Of a stretch of 64,000 nt of DNA, positions 49,601-62,654 are shown in pieces. The number at the start of each line of letters is the position of its first letter. The stretch's first letter is position 1. The DNA is from Callorhinchus milii. Taxonomy: Eukaryota. The stretch spans positions 248,001 to 312,000 of the forward strand of contig NW_024704783.1 in NCBI RefSeq assembly GCF_018977255.1, written 5' to 3'. The translations under genes and the position numbers were made by a program. Under the pieces are notes generated by a model that saw nothing but the letters and a program-made list of their open reading frames with translations, did no database searches and had not been told where the DNA came from.

Positions 49601-52099
49601 CAAACCTCTATCACACCTCGCTAGGTATTTTTTTCTATCAGACGCTGATGAAGGAACTTTGAGTTTCGGGAGGACACAAGGGAGACTGTCCGAGTTCGTG
49701 ACACACTAGTTCAAGTTCTGTTGATCTCAGATTGTGAAATAATCCAAAACAAATGAGAAATTTTATTCGAAATATATCGTTTTAAAAGGTCCGAACAGCG
49801 CAATAATATATGTTTTTCTTAAACTAAGAGCTTAATATAATATTGCCATGGCAGTTATTGAATATGAGATGATGGAGTGATTTTATATGAGTTGAAATAG
49901 CTTGTTGGTGTGTGTTAGCCTGAAGAGTTGGTCAAATACACGAGTGGATTCATTAAAGTGAGAAGGTAGAGATTGTCTCCACAGGCGTTTCAGTCGGTAA
50001 CCAGAGGAGACGAATTTAAACTAAACGTAAAATACAGCAGACGCTGAAAATCTGAAGCAAAAAAGTTGCCAGCGCCTTCTCTTTTTGACGTAGATTGAAA
50101 ATGGTTGCCAAAGGAACCAGAATGGTGGTGAGGAGACTTTTCTCACACAGCGAGTTGTTCGGATCTGCAATGCAATTCCTGAAAAGTGTTGGAAGCGGAT
50201 TTGACAACAACTTTTATAAGCAAATTAGATAGATAATTGGGAGCGCAAATTCGCAGAGATTTGAGGAGAGCGCGGGAAGTGTGATTAATTTGCACAACTC
50301 TTTCAAGTGCTCGAAAGCACACAATGGGCCGATTGGCCTTATCCTGTGTTCTGTAATTTTATATTCCTGTAATTCTACATAGCTGTAGAGCTCCCTGTTT
50401 CAAGGCCGCTTTTCTACATTTTTTTCTGTTTCTGAATGTAACTTTCACTTTCCTTATTCCACAGGTAAATATTAATCGAAGTAAACCTGGCTGTTTGGGC
50501 GACCATAACGCTTCTCTCAGTTTCCATGTGAAAATGGAGATACTCACAATTGACTTTTTCCAAACTTTTGAAATGTGGAAGTGAACATGAAATTACAGAG
50601 AATTTTGCCTTTGGTTCCACGTTTTTGTGTTGAGCAACGTGGGTTCTCAATTTGGTTCAAATCTCGTGTGCATGTCCGCAAAATCTGCGTTGGACACCGC
50701 GAATATTGTAGGTATTTGGGATGGCTGACGTTGGGATATCAGAATCAAGTCGGGACACTTCGATCGTCTCTAGTCTGTGTCGTGAGCCACGCGTTTCAAC
50801 AGTATTCCAGGGCACAAATCAAGACAGCACTACCCAACGTGGCTCATCAGCAAGACCTTGCAGGGTAGACCACTCACTGGGGCGAAGATGTCATCCCCCT
50901 CAGCTACTGTTAACCTTGCAACCAAAGCCGTAATATGAGAGTGGTCCTAGCTGGAAAAGCAGCGGGAAAGCTTGCCAGTCAGCGATAATATTGACAAACG
51001 TTTGCAGTTTTCACTAGCAGACACGGGCTGTTAACCCCAGCGAACATTCTGGGCTCCGAAACCCTTTGTTTTTGCCAACCAGTGGGTAATGCTTTCTCAA
51101 ATTAGATAAACATCATGTTTCCCCCAGACAGAGCGCATTCGTTTGATTCCAACAAATTTGTCTGAAACTACCGTTTTGTAGATATGTTGTATGGAACTAA
51201 CAGTTTACTTTGGTTATTATAGTATAAACTTGCTTAGTAGTAGGTTTTTGTACGTATCAAACAACCGGCGGTTGCCCCGTATCACCAAACCCCCGCCAGA
51301 GAAAAACAGTTATAACAATTTGCTGCAATTGGATTTTGTAAGTAGTAACCTTTAATAAAACAGCTTATGGTCAGATAACAGCTGATTGATAAATAACAGA
51401 ATGTTAAAGATGGCCCTGCAGCGTGTAAGCAAGCGTAATTGGTCCCGTATTCCGCTGGAGCTTGGTACACCAAAATTGATTTTCACCTGGCTGCCGGAAA
51501 GTTTAGTTATGGCAAGTGTGGTACGACAGTAAAAGTAACTTGCACTTTTATTGCAGCTTCAGTTGCTGAAAACTGGAACCGTTCTTTTGATATAAAAACA
51601 AACGTCGCTGAGAACACTCAACATCTCTGGAGGGAGGAATGTGGGTTAAAATTTCAGGTGGATTTTGGCGTACTGATCGAATAATCTTGTTATTGGACAC
51701 AGATTCCTTGCAGTAGAATGGCGTTTGTCGATTTGTCACTGAGTAACGCGATCAAAAGATTGGTCTGGATGAAGAAATCCAGTCAGCCTGTTTGACCATA
51801 TCCCTCCAAAGCACCGAGACTCCCTTCCCCCCATCCCCCCATCACTGCATCAATGGAGACTCTTTGCTTATACGTTACAACACACGCTTCGTAAACAAGA
51901 GGATCTGGGTTTGATTTCTGGGAAGGAAATTTGGTTACTGAAGTTTCCGTAAACGTCACACCTCTCTGTTTACCTAGCAGTAAATAAAATCCAGCTTGTT
52001 ATCATACTTAATTTGACGGATCACTTTTCCGGGTGTAATAATCCCTTCAACCTTATTTTAAACAAAAAATTGGTCACTCAGTTCACAACTGCCTACCAC

Positions 52100-52720
52100 C
52101 ATTCCTTATCCCAGAAGCAACCAAAACAATTGACCAGGCATTTATCACCCCCTGACCGGACTTCCCAAATGCCATCTTTGGATCTATTTTCAATTGCATT
52201 TTTGGCAAAGACGTCAAGGCATTAAGAGTGTCAAAATGTTACGAACCAGGTGATTAAAAAAAACCCGCCTACTCACCAATATTGAACTTGATATCACCGT
52301 CAGACTAGGATTGGACAGCGCATCGATTTCAAGATCCTCACTCTCGTTTCCAAATCCCTTCATACCCTACGACCTCCATACCTCTCTGACCTGCTTACCC
52401 CTCAATCCACAACCCGCTGCCTCTTCTCGAAGGGTTCCGAAATCTTCATGTCGATCGTGCAGTCCGTTCCACCATTGGTGGCCTTGCTTTCAAACATAGG
52501 CCACAAATCTCATGAATGCTCTTCCTCTGTCACTCCGCCTTGTCGCTTCCTTCTCCATCACCAAGTAGCGCCTAAAGACCTTCCTATACGACCGTGCACA
52601 CGCTCTCCCAGGCTCCCCCACCTCACGCTTCCCCAAGCTCGGCGTCGTGCTCTGCCACTCTAGAGCCCTTTTCGACGTTACCGTGCGTAAGGGGCGCAGT
52701 ACGAATTCAAGCTGCGGTTG
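52100..52720 (+). mobile_element. L2-clade LINE 3' fragment, old
   Basis: IDFKILTL...TIGGLAF-like remnants, and the CTAGAGCCCTTTTCGACGTTACC tail. Confidence 0.7.
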
Positions 52721-53189
52721 TTAGTACAGCGTAAGTGCAGCTTTGTAGATTGTAGAGATGGAAACACGACAGATACTTGGTTCATTGGGATTTGTTGCTA
52801 GTTGCACTAAACTGAGTTTTTTTCAAACTGCGACAAATATTATTCTTTGTGCAGCCTCACTCAATGATAACACTCTCGCCTGAGTCAGAAAGTTGTGTTC
52901 TCAAGCTCCAAGAAGGTTCTTTTAATCACATAGCCCAAGATTACACCCAAGAGTAGTGCTGGCTATGAAGGAAAACAGCACTTGATTGTCAGAGCGAAAA
53001 GAAAAAGACATTCTTGACAGAAGTCTTCTAATTTAGAATGGTCATAGCCACTCTTTGTATATATCTGGAAAGCTGGATTATTGTTGGAATTTCAAAAGTG
53101 CTGTAAAAACACGGACATTGACAAAATGACCTTGACACTATTCAGTGAGGAGCTGGTCATCGCAGTACGGTATCCATTGATGGACAGTA

Positions 53190-53470
53190 CTCAAACATTT
53201 ACACAGAAAAGAAGGAAAATGAATTTGATTTCGGGGGCTTGTTGGACAGGATAGCAGGGGAGACAGCGGTTCTTTTTCGTGTACTATGATAGATTTTTTA
53301 ACGTCCACATGACCAGGCAAATGGGATCTCGGTTTAACGTCTCATCTGATTGTCATCTACTCAAATGATATCGTGTTCCACTTCACTGGTGCGTCATCTT
53401 ACGCTACTTGTGTCCAACGATCGTACATCGGGAATAAACCCACGAGTGTCTGACTCAAGAATGAACTGCT
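53190..53470 (-). mobile_element. Older Deu-domain (SacSINE1/AmnSINE-like) SINE fragment
   Basis: TTTTAACGTCCAC...CTCGGTTTAACGTCTCATC...AAACCCACGAGTGTCTGACTCA resembles the recalled SacSINE1 consensus in reverse. Confidence 0.65.
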
Positions 53471-53989
53471 AGAAGTTGATCTAGAATGAGACACTAACTG
53501 TAGTTTTTGCCTAAAGTTCTGCTAAAACAATCCTAAGAAGATATACAGACTTGTGGAGGCATCTAAATTCCTGTAGCTGAGTTGTTAGAAAACTTTCCTC
53601 GTTATCCTGAAGATCCAAGTTAAATTCACGGGCAGGACGAAATCTTAGTCATATTTGCTTACTCCGCACGCCACTGTTTTCCAAGCAGTAGGAATGCTTT
53701 CCAGGGTGGTTGTGATTGGCGGGGTGGTGACGGTACTCTTTTTTTTGAGAAATGATAATAATTTGGTTACTCAACCCAGGAATGTGGAACAATGTTTTAT
53801 GTAATCGGCTTCGGCGTTTCAACCACAAAGTGTACATTCAATTCACTTTACTGTAAATTCTGTGAAGGGATTTGATTCTTCTCAATCAAGTCATCAGGCG
53901 CTTTATTAAAGCAAGAATTGATAAATGTTGATATCCTTCTGGGCCAGTGCCAAAATTAGTGATGAAGAGCTGTGCATACAGCTGCATAA

Positions 53990-54450
53990 ATGTTATATAA
54001 TAAATCCTCTTTGATATATCGCCTTGTCACGTTGTTGAGGTGTCTCAGAGAGCTTCGAACCTTTCTGCAGGTTTGGTCCGAGCAGCATCGGAACAGTGGC
54101 TGCCGTTTCACTGCCGTTTTATTCATCCTCAGTCATCAGACGATGCCAAAGTCCTGCATGTCAACCTTCCCATATTCCCTCCACGAGCTACAGCTCATCA
54201 AGAACTCTGCAGCACGAGTCCTCTCCCGCAACAGACAAGGTGACACCATCAAACCCACTCCAATGGCTCCGCTGGCTTCCCATCCCTAAGAGGATCGAAT
54301 TTAAAATGTTAGTGCTAAATTCAATATTCTCCATGGTCTTGCCCCACCATCCAGGATAAGGCCTTTGGCCACTTTCCTCCCACTCTCTCGAAATCCATCC
54401 CACAATCCCTTCGCCTCGATCCCTCAGTTTGCTCCTTTGACGCACGCCTA
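53990..54450 (+). mobile_element. L2-clade LINE 3' fragment
   Basis: SLHELQLIKNSAARVLSR...LRWLPIPKRIEFKML. Confidence 0.85.
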
Positions 54451-55037
54451 TTTATCACATGCAAGCAATGTTAGTATTATGATTAATGTAGTTACATTTA
54501 TGTCTTGTTCAAGTTTTGCATTTTAGATTGTATTTTTTGTGCAGTACAATTTTGTTTAAAGAAGAATGATTTATTTTCCGTGGTAGGAAACTGACTATAA
54601 AGTGTTTTAAACCAGATGGCGTTTGAGTATGTGAAACAATGTCTACAATATTTTGGATTAGGATAGTTATCAACTTAGCAGCTCAAATGATTACATGTGC
54701 AAAAGTAGAAGCATAAACTCTTGCGCATTGGACTCACTTCTCAGAAACGACAGATTTTCAAATATCAACGGAATAAAAACAATGTGAAATCATTATTGTT
54801 GTTTTTCTTATTTTCATGTGTGGTTTCACTGATTTAAAAGGCATACCTCACGGATTAACGGTCGCTAACATAATCGTTCAACAGATTGTCACTAATTGCA
54901 GCTTGTGAGACCTGCAGATCTCACTGGGAATTCATCTAAACAGTTTAAATAATGCTCTTTTCTGCCGTCCGAATGACACAATTTTCACTGGTACCCGTAC
55001 GGCCAGCGCCAGCATTTGTGACTGTTTCTCACAGAAA

Positions 55038-57223
55038 ATGCATCGACAGGAATTTGTCCTTCCGATAACCTACATTTACTATCCCATCCTCGCAGCCTTT
55101 CAGGTCCCCAGTAAGTGGTTAAAACGAGGCAGCATTGAGCTGATCATGTACCGATTCTGATTGAATAACATATCCATACATTGACGATGGAGTTTCCAGG
55201 TCCACACATCCTTGTTCAGTTGGTATGGAGGGGGGGTGGGGGTACCGAGATGTAGCAAGCTGCAATCATTGTGAGCAGATGTTAGCCCGAACTCACAATT
55301 TGCCTGATCAGGTGGACATCAAACTACACTTAATGTGACGGCTTGTGTCATAGCCAAAATCGCTCAAATAGTATCGCACATCTCGAGAGAGAAAGCCTTT
55401 TATATTTTTGAATAGGGCCATATAATCTTTAATGTCCAAGTTAACAGGCAGTTTACTGGTTCGAATGCAATCAAAAGTAGGTGTCACCCTGACTCAACTG
55501 GTCGCAATTTCACATGTAGCTTAGAAAGATGAGGGTTCAAGCCCCAACTCAGGACTTTGAACGAAAAGGCCGTCACTACCCAAAGCAGTCTACCGACTCC
55601 ATAGTTGAAATCGAGCGTCTTCCAATGAGACAGTAACGTGACATCTCCCACCCCCAATGCGCATACTCAGATGGACATTGCATATATATAGCACAGATCA
55701 TCCTCTATGTTTACACAATAATGTACGCAGGAAGTTGGAGGTTACAACAGAAGAACCAAGAACAGCTGGTGTAGTCGGAGATGCTACCAGGGCGGGCAAA
55801 TCAAGGTAGATGGGAGAGGTTTGGCCTTTGTTCACTGTAAAAGTACGTTCAATAGGGGAGCTAATCAAGATGTTTCTAATTATAAAATGATTAATGAGAC
55901 TAGCGTAAATAGACTGTTACCGTTGGATGGGGAATGCATTTATAAGAGAACACAAGTTTGATACAGTGACTTAACAGGGATTATGTGAGAATGGAGGAGA
56001 TTGAGGGATGACGTCGTGGAACGGGATTAAAGCGGAGCAGAACGACTTGCACAGAACGATTGAACCGAATTGTCTGTTTCTGTGCTGCTCACACTTTTTT
56101 TATTATTTGTAAAAAACTTGTCAAAGAGCAGGGTCTTTTCAGCCTAATGTAGCCTGTTTTTGTTGAGGAGTAAATAATAGCAAATTGATGATTCATCCGT
56201 TCAGTTCTTATTTCATTTTGTTTTGCAGTGACATCTTAAATATCATTATACCGGGTTTCTCAACACTGATTTTGCATTGTCAATCCGGTATTCTCTCTTT
56301 CTCTTCCAGTAAACCTAGTGGCCATCGTGATTCTGTACAGAGGAAAGTGCGGTCTCTCCAAATGCATTACTCGCTACCTGGTGGCCATGGCAGCGGCAGA
56401 TCTGATGGTGGTTATATTTGATGTGATATGTTACCGCACTGGTTACCTTTACTTTGCCACCACGGTGCTGAACATCACCCCGGTTTGCCGCGTCAATATA
56501 GTCCTATTTAAGGCCTCCACAGATTGCTCTGTGTGGTTCACAGTTGCGTTCACATTCGATCGCTTCACAGCAATTTGTTGCCAAAAGCTGAAAGCAATGT
56601 TTTGTACTGAACAAACTGCGGTCAAGGTGATCAGCACATTCTTTACCATAAACTGTTTGACGACAATTGGGATATATTTTTCATTCGGTCCTCGCTACGT
56701 TATTAATAACGTATCATGGGGCTGCATCCACACTGAGAGCTTTAACTTGTTGCTTGGATGGAAAATCTATGCCTACATTATATACTTTTGGAATCCTTTG
56801 CTCCCATTCCTGTTGATTCTGCTCCTCAATGCTCTGACTGTTAGACACATACTGGTGAGCAGCAAAGGCCGTGTAAGACTCCATGCTGGCAATATTGGCG
56901 GGAAGCGGAAAGATTCCGAGATGGAGAGTCGCAAGAAGTCCATTATTTTACTCTTCGCTGTTTCAGGCAGTTTTATTCTTCTCTGGATGACTTACGTGGT
57001 CAATGGCATATACGGCCGTATCTCGAAAAACTACTATTACTCAGGTTTCGACGATCCGTTGTTCATTAGACAAGAAGTGGGGATTATGCTCCAGCTCTTC
57101 AGCTGCGGCACCAACACGTGCATTTACGCGGTGAGCCAGAGGAAGTTCAGAGAGGAGCTCAGAAATGGTGTGCTCTTCCTATCCGCTCAATTACTAAAAG
57201 TAATAGCCTTGGGAAAGCATTGA
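55038..57223 (+). CDS. GPR139/GPR142-like GPCR, intact diverged paralog 4. Exon 1 55038..55110, exon 2 56310..57223, 328 aa
   Basis: Exon 1 MHRQEFVLPITYIYYPILAAFQVP A|gtaagt; acceptor ctctttctcttccag|TAAAC gives an in-frame join. Open 7TM frame with AAADL, DCSVWFTVAFTFDRF and TNTCIYAVSQRKFRE. Confidence 0.93.
55490..55690 (+). mobile_element. Older Deu-domain SINE 5' part in the intron
   Basis: GACTCAACTGGTCGC...GAGGGTTCAAGCCCCAACTC head, then GTCTTCCAATGAGACAGTAAC and CTCAGATGGAC. Confidence 0.55.
55720..56090 (+). mobile_element. CR1-type LINE 3' fragment in the intron
   Basis: CR1-like ORF2-end remnants, ending GAACCGAATTGTCTGTTTCTGTGCTG. Confidence 0.65.
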
Positions 57224-57324
57224 AATAAAACTATTGTTATTTTCCTATGACTGACATTGATCATTTAGCCAGGAATGTGATTCGCAAGTGTTTGCGCTAC
57301 GCTTTGAGCAATAAAATGACAAAA

Positions 57325-57680
57325 GAAATAATCCTTGCATTTTGATATCGGGCCTCATTACGTCTTCCAATCGCTTCACTGAAAAAATGGTACCTGCATT
57401 GACGACATATTTTGTGGGTGAACCATGGCAGCAGATTGTGCACATCAATCTCCCAGAAAAAGTTGTAAAGAAATTCACCAACGATTATATATTGTTTTCC
57501 TAATGAAGGGATTTTTTCCCTCAAAGTATGATCTGACAGACTATCGAGCGATTTCCTGCTTTGTTATGTAAATTGTAGTGTGTGGAGTAAGGATATTTGC
57601 CCAGGGTTTAAACACGTCTGGGAATCGAACACCTGTAACATCGATTATGAGGCGAGTGCTTCAACCAGCAGCACTCTCCA
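57325..57680 (-). mobile_element. SINE, old copy
   Basis: AAATAATCCTTGCATTTT tail, GTGTGGAGTAAGG...TTGCCCAGGGTTT, and a tRNA-like head. Confidence 0.75.
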
Positions 57681-57919
57681 CCACCTGCACGCTTCAGTTC
57701 AGTGGTTTGCTTGACGGTTTCCCAGCCATCCGTAGCCCAATTCGGTCCCATAATGTTGTCTGAGTTACGAGACAATTGAATTAAAAAACAACGATGCTCT
57801 GTGAAACGCAATATTTTTCTGTCAATCTTTTTGGAGGGTTAGTCGGTCGGGTGGATGTTGGGGATGGGGTTCTGACACTTGCGCAATTCCATTGCCATGC
57901 ATAAATGACTCCAGTCAAG

Positions 57920-58110
57920 ACTCATAATATTATCTCTTCGAGTCCTCACAAAGTGTTTCGCAAAATATATTATTTTTATTCGACTGTATATTTTTCGGCG
58001 AAACGCGGCAAACAATTACAAAGAGCTCTGTCACACGAAAAATCGTCGGTTGGAAGACCAAATTGTACATATCTGCATGTACATATTTCAAACAAAATAA
58101 TGCTATCTGT
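57920..58110 (-). mobile_element. SINE 3' fragment, old
   Basis: GACTGTATATTTTTCGGCGAAACGCGGCAAACAATT motif. Confidence 0.55.
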
Positions 58111-59429
58111 ATAAATAAATAAGTGGGATCACCACCAGTATGCCACAGATCTACCACATGATTCACGGAAAAAAATTCAAGGAGATGTGCAAATTTCTAA
58201 AAAAACAGCCATACCAGGAGCACAAAGTTAACTCCGTTACGTTAGCATGTTTTGCGTAATGACATGCACTTGTGCAGAAACCTGACACTTCAATGACAGG
58301 TTACAAACGCCTCACTAAGATGTTAAAGGGCAGTTCGGGCGGCCGAGCCATGCGCTTGCAGTAATTACAACACAATGTCCCAGCCCGAAATATATCTAAG
58401 TAAATCAGACGTAACATTCAAACCATTAACAGTTTGTAGAAATAGTTTCTCAATTCCATTTCAAATCTGGGTAGTGCCCCTGAAAAATTTGCTTTGAACA
58501 CTGAACTGCCCTGATTGCACAACCAAATATCACATGATTTGCTTTTCTGTGCAATACGCAATTCGGTGAAACACTTGTTGAAGGCATCAGTGTCTTTTAA
58601 CCACAGTGTAGTTCATGCTCCAATGTAACCATTAGGCGGCGCTACTGGAGCATTTAGGAAACTTGAGCAATGTCAGTGCTGTTATTTCATGATGGCAATT
58701 TGGACCCATGAGCGTCTAGAACAGCAGGAACTTTGAAATGCTTTTGGATTTTAAGTTTTTTCAAGGGAATCTTCAGAAAATACTTTGCTTCATCCTATCA
58801 CTGTCCAGTTGAATTGTTGATAAGCAAACACTGCATATTGTAAACAAATAAATTCCAGCTCTTCGATATTTCAAATTCATCCACTGCTTGTTAGAACCAT
58901 GTATCAGTTGAACAACCCATCCATCTGACCGTCAAAGGTCAACCCATCCATCTGTCTGTCCATTCATCTATCAATACACTTAGCCGTTCCCCCATCGATC
59001 CATATAAAATACAAACAACTCAATCCATCGACACATCCATCCATTCTTCAACCCAATTTATCTATCTTTCCTTCCAAAACCGATGAAATAACATGTTCAA
59101 TAAATATTTCAATAAACAATTATTTATTTGAATGAATGTTAGTTAATGCTCCAATTGATGTTTCAACTCGTTAAATGGGATTTGGCCCTGCAAGTATCAC
59201 TGACGTTTGTCGCAGCCTTTGAGAGAGTTTCGTACGCAATCGCTGTTGCAGGTGCTCTTCTCCAACTTTTCCAGTAATGCGATATTCATCTACAGATGAA
59301 CCGGAAACAACTCGCTGAACACAGAGCGCATGTTTCAGAAGATAGCAGACCTGAAAGATGATGTGTGAAGCTCGTTTTAACTATCGGTTTGTTCTTTATA
59401 GAAAGAAAGTTTCTATATTAAAATAATAA

Positions 59430-59720
59430 CAAATAGTAATAATCCATGGATATCATTTAGCGATTTTCACGTCCTCTAGACGTCTCAATGTGCTTCGAAA
59501 AAAATCTGTCAAGTAATTGGCTGTATATTTGAGGATTGAACGCGACAGCCAATTGCGCACAGCCGTGTCCCACACACAGTCCTTGATTGATGTGATCAAT
59601 TTTTTATTATTTTTCTTGAGGGGTTATAATTAGCTGAGTGGAGTAAGAAAATTTAACCAAGGTTTCGCCCGCATGGAATCGATTCCAAGTCTTCTCGCTT
59701 GCAAGGCGTTTGCTACACAA
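59430..59720 (-). mobile_element. SINE, diverged
   Basis: AACGCGACAGCCAATTGCGCACAGCCGTGTCCCAC, GTGGAGTAAG and CCAAGGTTTCGCCC motifs. Confidence 0.8.
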
Positions 59721-59799
59721 CTAATAAAGAGAAATACTGACAATGGTGGAAAGCTGATCAATAATGACTGAGGCATGATCTAGTAAAGATCCTGTAAAT

Positions 59800-59965
59800 T
59801 ATGGGGCGAGTTACGTGCGGTTGGAATTTTTGGTACTGAGAGATTATATTCACCCCCAGGTAATGCATTGCGCTATCAGCCTGGAGTTTCTCAGTTCCAC
59901 ATGCAAACATGGGGCTTGAACCCACGGCTTTCTGACAGAGAGGTGAGAGTGTTGCCAATTTAGCC
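59800..59965 (-). mobile_element. Older SINE head (SacSINE1-like)
   Basis: GGGGCTTGAACCCACGGCTTTCTGACAGAGAGGTGAGAGTG is a reverse tRNA-like head. Confidence 0.55.
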
Positions 59966-62654
59966 AGGTTAATGCACAAGTTTAATGGTATGCTCTGAGT
60001 TCAATGTCTCAATGTGTCGAATTCGCCAAATGAGGAAAGTTAATTGGCATGGTTCGGGGTAACCTCAGCACTCAGACAAAGCCAATAAAAACAATTTATA
60101 TCTTTCCAAATGTTTTATATAAACATTAATAGACACGAAATTCACAATATTTCCTGAATTGTTTGGTTTCAAAATAATCATCTCCAAAATACCTGTCCAA
60201 AGATACTTTGGAGTGTTTCTGTTTTATTCGATGAAAAATATTTTGATCAACATTCATACACGTTCCTCACTTAGCTATAACATTGTAATAATTAATGCTG
60301 CCGTAATATTAACTGCATTTTTTTATTCTTACCGGTGCTAATTCATCTGCAATAGGTTTGGAACATTTGCATTAATTCTGAAATATAAAATTTGGGTGGA
60401 GGGTTTATAGTCGTTTAAATTAATAATTCGGTTATTGAAATATTAAACAACCAAAAAATTTTAGACTAGAAATTAACTTTCAGGAAGGTTTAAGCTTTGT
60501 AACTTGTGTTCTGGTATGCGTCAGTGGTCTATTACAGGATAATATTACTGATGTTTATGTTAAGATGAAGCCGCTCTAATTTAGACTCAGAAAGTGCAGG
60601 AGTTTCCAGCAGATGATAAACTGAGTACGTCTCAGATCATCACGTGACAAATGTCAATATTTTCTTGTAAATGTTGTTTCGTGGATTCAGTTAAGATTTC
60701 ATTAAAGTTACTTATTCACCAAATCATAGCGTTTGTTAAAGTATTTTTTACTCAAAGTTATAAATTGTAGATGCATTTGTTGCACCGTAATCTGCCTTTG
60801 GTTATGAAAGCCAGATAAGGTGTGCGGTATGGGAGGAGGGTGGAGAAGTTTACTTCTCTCATTGGAGCTTAACTGACTACAAGGTGCAACATTTGGCTTA
60901 AAATATGGGCATTGAGTCAAAGCTTTGTAGTAGCCTTGATCAGTCTGTTCCTTAGTCAACTGGGTCTTTAACATTTTAAGCCCTGCTGTGGACAAACCAG
61001 CCACACTGCCTTTCTCATTCGCAGAACCAGATGGGCAAACTGGTTAAAGGAGGCATTTAAAATGTGTTAAGTTTAGGTCTCATGAACAGTATAGGCCAAA
61101 TCAATAACGGATAGGATAGTTCTAACTGGTCACGAAATAAGAAACGACCCAGACTTTACATGCAATCGCCAAATCTGAAGTTTAACTTGTAGTTAAATTC
61201 CAGTAGTTACACAATCCCACACCAAGTCTTACTCACCAGATCTCACAAAATTACGTTGAAAGGGTCTGTTCCTCCGGAATGGAAGTATACAGATTCCATT
61301 CCAGCCAGCAAGTGTTTCACAATGTTGCCGGTTTCCTGAAAAAATATTGTAATTAAACTATCCCTGCAACAAAATCTTAACTCCTGCACCTCTGTTTAGT
61401 ACAAATTCTTCCTCAACCAGCTTCTCTTTCTATACCTCTCTCTCTCTCACTATCTTTCTCTGTCTCTTAATTTGGACAATCAGTAATGGCTACATTCAGC
61501 CTGAACAATCTCTGTGCAGCTTCATGATGATTTCTCAGGAATTGAGCCTGAACTGGTTCAGGATGTTGCCGGACATCCTGTTTTTTCCTCTCAGTGGCCA
61601 TATCATGGCTTTGTCTGTCGTGCTGTGGTTCTGTTTTTTTTGCAACAGAATTATTAACAGAATAAAAAAAAGTTGCAAATGTTTTGGGATTCATAGCCGA
61701 ATACAGGATTCGTGATGTAAACGATGGTTTGTATAGGAGAGGATGATTCTCTTTGCTACGGAAAGGATTCTTTGGGCGAAATACACCAGGGTCTACTTTT
61801 ACTTTATTTGTGTAACATTTTGTCCTATTACGCTTTCGCACCTTCACTATTCAAATAACATTTCAAATTCCTTTACTCTATGATACGGCGATGGAGAATC
61901 CTACATTCTGAACGATTTAGATCCAAAAATCGACACTGACTTTATATAATTCAGTGGCTTTCCTGGAAGTCGTATCTTGTTTGTGTGGACACAATCCAGT
62001 CTCAGGACTTCAGTCTTCCAAAATCTTCATGGATTTAAATATTTAAATAATTTTAGCTTCTCGTTTTAGATCAACCACAATATTTGAATCTTATCCTCAT
62101 CAATATAAAGCACCATTTTCATGATCTTTGTGAAACTACCCAAAACCCTCTCCGCAGCTCTCATGTCTTGTGTGCAATAAAGTGTCCAGATCCACGTGCA
62201 GTACTCATTTCACAAGCCTGTTAAATGACAGTCGATTACCTTTGAGACAATGCAACGTTATTTTGAATGCTCTTCCGATACGCACTTTAATCGAATTATA
62301 CCCCAAGTTTTCGCCGTAACAGAATAGTTCTGCTGTAAAACCTTCAGTGATAATGTTTACTAAATATACTTTCAATAAAGTTGTTTATCAAATTTCAACT
62401 GCTTTTCCACCTTTCTGCCAACTCAGCAAAACAGTCTTTTATCTTATGGAATTCCACAGGTTATCCTTGAGTGTGTTCATTATCTCTATTAAGTCATCAA
62501 CAACGCTTTTAATCAATGGCATTATTTATATTTCAAAATCGTTAATGTTGTTGAGGAGCAATAGAGCATCCAGCACAAACGTCTGTTTAATTCAACTAAA
62601 TATATTGTTAATTGAGTGCAGCAGCATTCATCCCTGAGCGCTATTGAGTTCGTG

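Noticed and set aside
58910-59060. (CCAT)n-like stretch
   Set aside because: Ordinary degenerate microsatellite.
62430-62500. Minus-strand DNLWNS resembling the start of an Ig TM exon
   Set aside because: A stop follows two codons later and there is no hydrophobic TM segment.
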